Source: Candidatus Zixiibacteriota bacterium
GTDB taxonomy: Bacteria; Zixibacteria; MSB-5A5; GN15; JAAZOE01
Direction: 5' to 3'
Length of the DNA stretch: 64,000 nt
NCBI GenBank assembly: GCA_043819555.1
Contig: JBDREQ010000063.1
Location: 32,001 to 96,000, forward strand
Part shown: positions 60,448-64,000 of the stretch, one piece after another
How the letters are laid out: each line of letters begins with the position of its first letter
How positions within the stretch are numbered: position 1 is the stretch's first letter
Program-made: the position numbers and the translations under genes
The notes under the pieces: generated by a model
What the model saw: only the letters and a program-made list of their open reading frames with translations
Databases searched by the model: none
What the model was told of the DNA's origin: nothing

Positions 60448-60951
60448 TTGGCAGTAGAATTAACCGATAAGGAAATAAATGGCCTTATAAGTGAAAAAAA
60501 AGTATTACCTGATAATTATCGGAAAAAATTGAAAAATTATCGAAGTAAACGGGGCCATTATCAGAGTGAACTTGAAATAAAAGGGGATAAGGGTAGTTCG
60601 TTTTATATCATGATTAGATTAAATCAGATAAACAAATTAGATTTTTCGGCAATATTGGCATACGAAATGCCCAAAAAACAAAAGAGGTTTTTGCTGAAAC
60701 GTTATAATGGTAAACATTTTCATCGTAACACTTTGGAAAAAGAAGATTTATATGATTTTCATGTTCATGAAGCAACGTAACAGTATCAAGAATTAGGTGC
60801 CAAGGAGGAGACTTTTGCTGTCGCCTCTAATAAATTTACGAATGTTGATGCGGCATTACAATGTATGATAGATGAATGTCATTTTGTATTGCCTTTAAGC
60901 GAAAAACAACAATACAATTTAGGTTTTGATGATGACGGCCGAAAACATTGA
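60448..60951 (+). pseudogene. DUF6978-like gene interrupted by an in-frame TAA at 60778-60780
   Basis: The frame stays open 56 more codons after the TAA (QYQELGAKEETFA…) and overlaps the next gene start; RYNGKHFHRN…FHVH motif. Confidence 0.6.
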
Positions 60952-61705
60952 AATATCATTCAAGAAAAAAGTATGCGATGAAATAAGTTTATTCCAAGAG
61001 GGTATTGGAAGATATGTAGTATATACACCATTTCAATTTGATGATGGTGATCATTTACATATTGTATTATTTAATCAAGGAGATAAATGGTACTTTTCAG
61101 ATGAAGGGCATACTTTCATGCATTTATCCTATCATATGGATATTAAATCTCTTGACACCGATACTAGGCAGGGAATAATAACTGATTCGTTAGCCTATTT
61201 TGGTGTTTGTGACAAGGGTGGAGAGTTGTTGCTAAATATTAAAGGTTCCAAATTTGGGGATTCATTATACAGCTATGTGCAAGCATTGTTGAAAATTACC
61301 GATATTTCCTTTTTACAAAAGGACCGTGTAAGGTCAACATTTTTAGAGGATTTTCGTTTGTTTTTTGAAGAAAACGTTTCAGAAGACAGGAGGGAATTTG
61401 ATTGGTTTAACGATAAGAAGGATCCAAGTGGGAACTACACAGTGGATTGCAGAATTAATGGGATGAGTTCTCCAATTATGGTGTTTGCTCTCCCAAATGA
61501 TCAGAATACCCACATTGCTACAATTACTTTATTAAAATTTGAAAAATGGGATATGAGGTTTAGGTCAATGGCCATCTTTGAAGATCAAGAAAAAATAGGC
61601 AGAAAACCACTAGCCAGATTTACTGATGTCTGCGAAAAACAATATTCTAGTCTTTCATCCAATACTGATAGAATTAAGGATTATTTAATAAATAATATCA
61701 AATGA
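60929..61705 (+). CDS. DUF1828/DUF1829-like protein
   Basis: [12 protein letters not shown]…[22 protein letters not shown]. Confidence 0.7.
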   Translation: MMTAENIEISFKKKVCDEISLFQEGIGRYVVYTPFQFDDGDHLHIVLFNQGDKWYFSDEGHTFMHLSYHMDIKSLDTDTRQGIITDSLAYFGVCDKGGELLLNIKGSKFGDSLYSYVQALLKITDISFLQKDRVRSTFLEDFRLFFEENVSEDRREFDWFNDKKDPSGNYTVDCRINGMSSPIMVFALPNDQNTHIATITLLKFEKWDMRFRSMAIFEDQEKIGRKPLARFTDVCEKQYSSLSSNTDRIKDYLINNIK

Positions 61706-61842
61706 TCCGTTGGTTCACTGCTTGCCCGTGCGCCAGCAAGCCAACATATCTACACTTTCCCCACCCATCCAACGTTTTTTCCGATACTTCCGCATCAAGT
61801 AAGATGAAATATATATATCTAATAAAAATTGGACTATGCCTA

Positions 61843-61933
61843 TGTCATTCCCGAGAGTCCCGCATAGCGGGACGAGTCGGGAATCCATGCGGAGTCATCT
61901 TCTTTTTGGATTTCCGCCTTCGCGGAAATGACA
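61843..61933. repeat. REP/dRS3-like palindromic element
   Basis: TGTCATTCCCG…GGGAATCCA…TGGATTTCCGCCTTCGCGGAAATGACA. Confidence 0.75.
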
Positions 61934-62046
61934 AGTTGATTTACCGATTATCATTATTAATCACCACCGATTTGATATGACCAGAAACGTTAATCTGAGG
62001 AAACAAACCCATTTCACCCATGGGCGGCAGACGTGCACATCTGCAA

Positions 62047-62164
62047 GTAATCACCATCAAAATGGTAGTGGATAATCAAATTTGACAGAACAAACCCAAT
62101 TTGCCGTAACTCATAGAGAGGAAATAAAATACAAGGAATTATGGAAAATGAATTGTGGATAACC
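62047..62164 (+). repeat. dispersed 118-nt intergenic repeat, copy 2
   Basis: Ungapped match to 4151-4268. Confidence 0.85.
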
Positions 62165-62952
62165 TAGCGTTCGTTACGGTGACTGAGCATGTGCCTGCGC
62201 ATCAGCCATCCGAAAACCGGCGCTCGAAACAGCCAGACGATCAGTTTATAAATCTTCCCCGGCACGACAATCACCTTTTTCTTTTTCATTCCGGCCAGAG
62301 AATCATCAACGACTTTTTCAGCCGAAAGCCACATCCATTTGGGAATTTTCGCCATCTCCTCATCGGTATATCCGGCGGCATCATGAAACTCGGTACGAGT
62401 GAATCCGGGGCATAATGACTGAACAACGATTCCTTCATCGTGATATTCCATTGTCAACGACTCCGACAACATCGTCAAATATGCTTTACTGGCACAATAA
62501 GTCCCACTCGTCGGAGAGGGAGTGAACGATGCCACCGATGCAACATTGATGATATTACCTTTTTTCTGCGCAATCATCCCCGGCAGACAGGCATGAATCA
62601 ACCTGATCGCCGCCCATACATGAACCTGGAGCATATCTTTTTGACGATTTATATCATACTCATGAAATCGCCCAGGTGTTCCAAACCCGGCATTGTTGAT
62701 CAGAAGCGTCAAATTATCGCAATTGTTTATTCGCTCAATAACGGCATCAATACCCGATTCACTCGAGAGGTCGGCGGCGATTGTTTCAACCGAAACCCGA
62801 TGTGTATGTGTGTACGCTTCAGCATGCAAATCCAAAAGGTGCTTGCGCCGTGATGTCAGAATTAGATTGTATCCTCGTGCGGCCAGTTTCTCTGCAAAAA
62901 CTTTCCCGATTCCCGCCGAGGCGCCGGTGATAAGAGCGGTTTGTGAACCCAT
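62164..62952 (-). CDS. short-chain dehydrogenase/reductase
   Basis: TGASAGIG, NNAGFG, YCASKA, CPGFTRTEF. Confidence 0.93.
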   Translation of the reverse strand: MGSQTALITGASAGIGKVFAEKLAARGYNLILTSRRKHLLDLHAEAYTHTHRVSVETIAADLSSESGIDAVIERINNCDNLTLLINNAGFGTPGRFHEYDINRQKDMLQVHVWAAIRLIHACLPGMIAQKKGNIINVASVASFTPSPTSGTYCASKAYLTMLSESLTMEYHDEGIVVQSLCPGFTRTEFHDAAGYTDEEMAKIPKWMWLSAEKVVDDSLAGMKKKKVIVVPGKIYKLIVWLFRAPVFGWLMRRHMLSHRNER

Positions 62953-63063
62953 TCGTTAATCCCTCGATTACTTAATAGGGTAGATTACGAAATATATTTG
63001 TGATGTGCAAACAGAAATAAATAGGCACAGAATATCCAGCGGCTCACATAAAACCGGTCGCCG

Positions 63064-63528
63064 TTATTTGTTATTGGAACTGTCAGGCGGAGTTGTTGTC
63101 GTATCGGTAGTTTCGGTTTTCTCCGGTTCGGTTTCGGCTGGGATGTCTTTGGCGCCAATTGTAAACGGAATTGTTTTGATTACATTGCCATCGGCGCCGA
63201 CGACTTTGACTTCCCACATACCCGTCCACCGCGGCAGCATGGTTTTGTAGCTGTAAGTTCTCCACGAAGCGGAGCGCACCGGTAATTCGACATCAGCCAA
63301 CTCCCGGCCTTCATACAGCCAGACATGACGGACAAACGATTCACCTTCGACGCCCAGCACCCGGCTCCAGAGATAAACGCGCTCGACTCCGACCTCGAAT
63401 GATTCGACCGCATCAATCGGCATCCTTGCTTCGATGCCGGTACATAATACCGTCTCAACCGTCACCGCCGCCGCCTGACCGATGAGGAGAATAAGGATGG
63501 GAATAAGGATTAATAATGATTTCAACAT
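63064..63528 (-). CDS. DUF2914-like secreted protein
   Basis: Signal peptide; HVWLYEG…WRTYSYK…GMWEVKV. Confidence 0.75.
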   Translation of the reverse strand: MLKSLLILIPILILLIGQAAAVTVETVLCTGIEARMPIDAVESFEVGVERVYLWSRVLGVEGESFVRHVWLYEGRELADVELPVRSASWRTYSYKTMLPRWTGMWEVKVVGADGNVIKTIPFTIGAKDIPAETEPEKTETTDTTTTPPDSSNNK

Positions 63529-64000
63529 GTATCCCTCCGAATAAAAGATGAAAATAAAAACTATGAAGTGTGAATGACATCAGTTGTATGCGCTATATTA
63601 TACTCATTTCGGTTCCAAAATATTAATTAAAAATGTGCATGATATAAATCCACGCACAAATAACGTGCTTTTGTAGAAACGTCATAGAGTACGGACATAT
63701 TTTATTGATACTTGTAAGAGAGTGTATTCCTGTGAGTTAGCGAAATAAATATTCAGCTCGGCACAGACATTGCAGTAGAGTTATTGTTCTTGGTTTAGCA
63801 TGCATAATTCGGGGCGGAGGCATCGAGGGCAATTAACCTCCGCCGCGGATGAAATTGACCTCAACAATTAATTGCACTGTGACAGCTTGCCTGCACCGTT
63901 AAAACATGTTATTTTTTAATCGGAATCGAATAAATCGAATCGCATCGAATAGGGATGTGTATAAAGCATGAAGGCAGGAAAAGATATTTCATTTCAATAA

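Noticed and set aside
60778..60780. Internal stop as possible recoding
   Set aside because: It is TAA, not TGA or TAG, and no downstream hairpin is evident; more likely a mutation or error
61702..61980. 92-aa ORF after the DUF1828-like gene
   Set aside because: Runs through the REP-like element (CHSRES…LDFRLRGND is a typical repeat translation)
63918..63950. ATCGAAT micro-repeats near the window end
   Set aside because: Too short and irregular for a CRISPR array or iterons; context is cut by the edge
1..64000. CRISPR arrays, rRNA/tRNA genes, intact IS or prophage genes
   Set aside because: None recognised by eye; tRNAscan-SE, Infernal and a CRISPR finder would be needed to exclude them formally

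Overview
Bacterial chromosomal window containing the replication origin (dnaA-dnaN with DnaA-box clusters on both sides of dnaA). The organism makes LPS (kdsA/C/D) and uses selenocysteine. Secreted proteins ending in dockerin-like 'GDANxDGxxNxxDxxYxIN' domains suggest an FCB-group lineage such as candidate Zixibacteria (inference). Most of the window is housekeeping and envelope genes: KDO and dTDP-rhamnose synthesis, exosortase/EpsI, greA, the pth-rpsF-rpsR-rplI operon, recF, an ECF sigma/anti-sigma pair and a TPP-riboswitch thiamine uptake operon. The most interesting parts are missed or split by the ORF track: (1) a radical SAM/SPASM gene followed by two tandem-duplicated 75-aa paralogs with one conserved Cys and a third unannotated 49-aa ORF, a candidate new RiPP or small-protein modification system; (2) two selenoprotein genes, Sec-containing SelD and an unannotated AhpD/CMD-like protein with CxxU, each with a SECIS-like hairpin; (3) an AT-rich island with a frameshifted kinase plus N-deoxyribosyltransferase-like fusion and a Cys-free Trx-like partner; (4) a uORF-plus-terminator leader upstream of a heterodimeric ABC exporter; (5) a 118-nt dispersed repeat ending in a perfect DnaA box beside both AT-rich islands. 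No rRNA, tRNA, CRISPR array or intact transposase was seen. Family calls come from motif recognition, not database searches.
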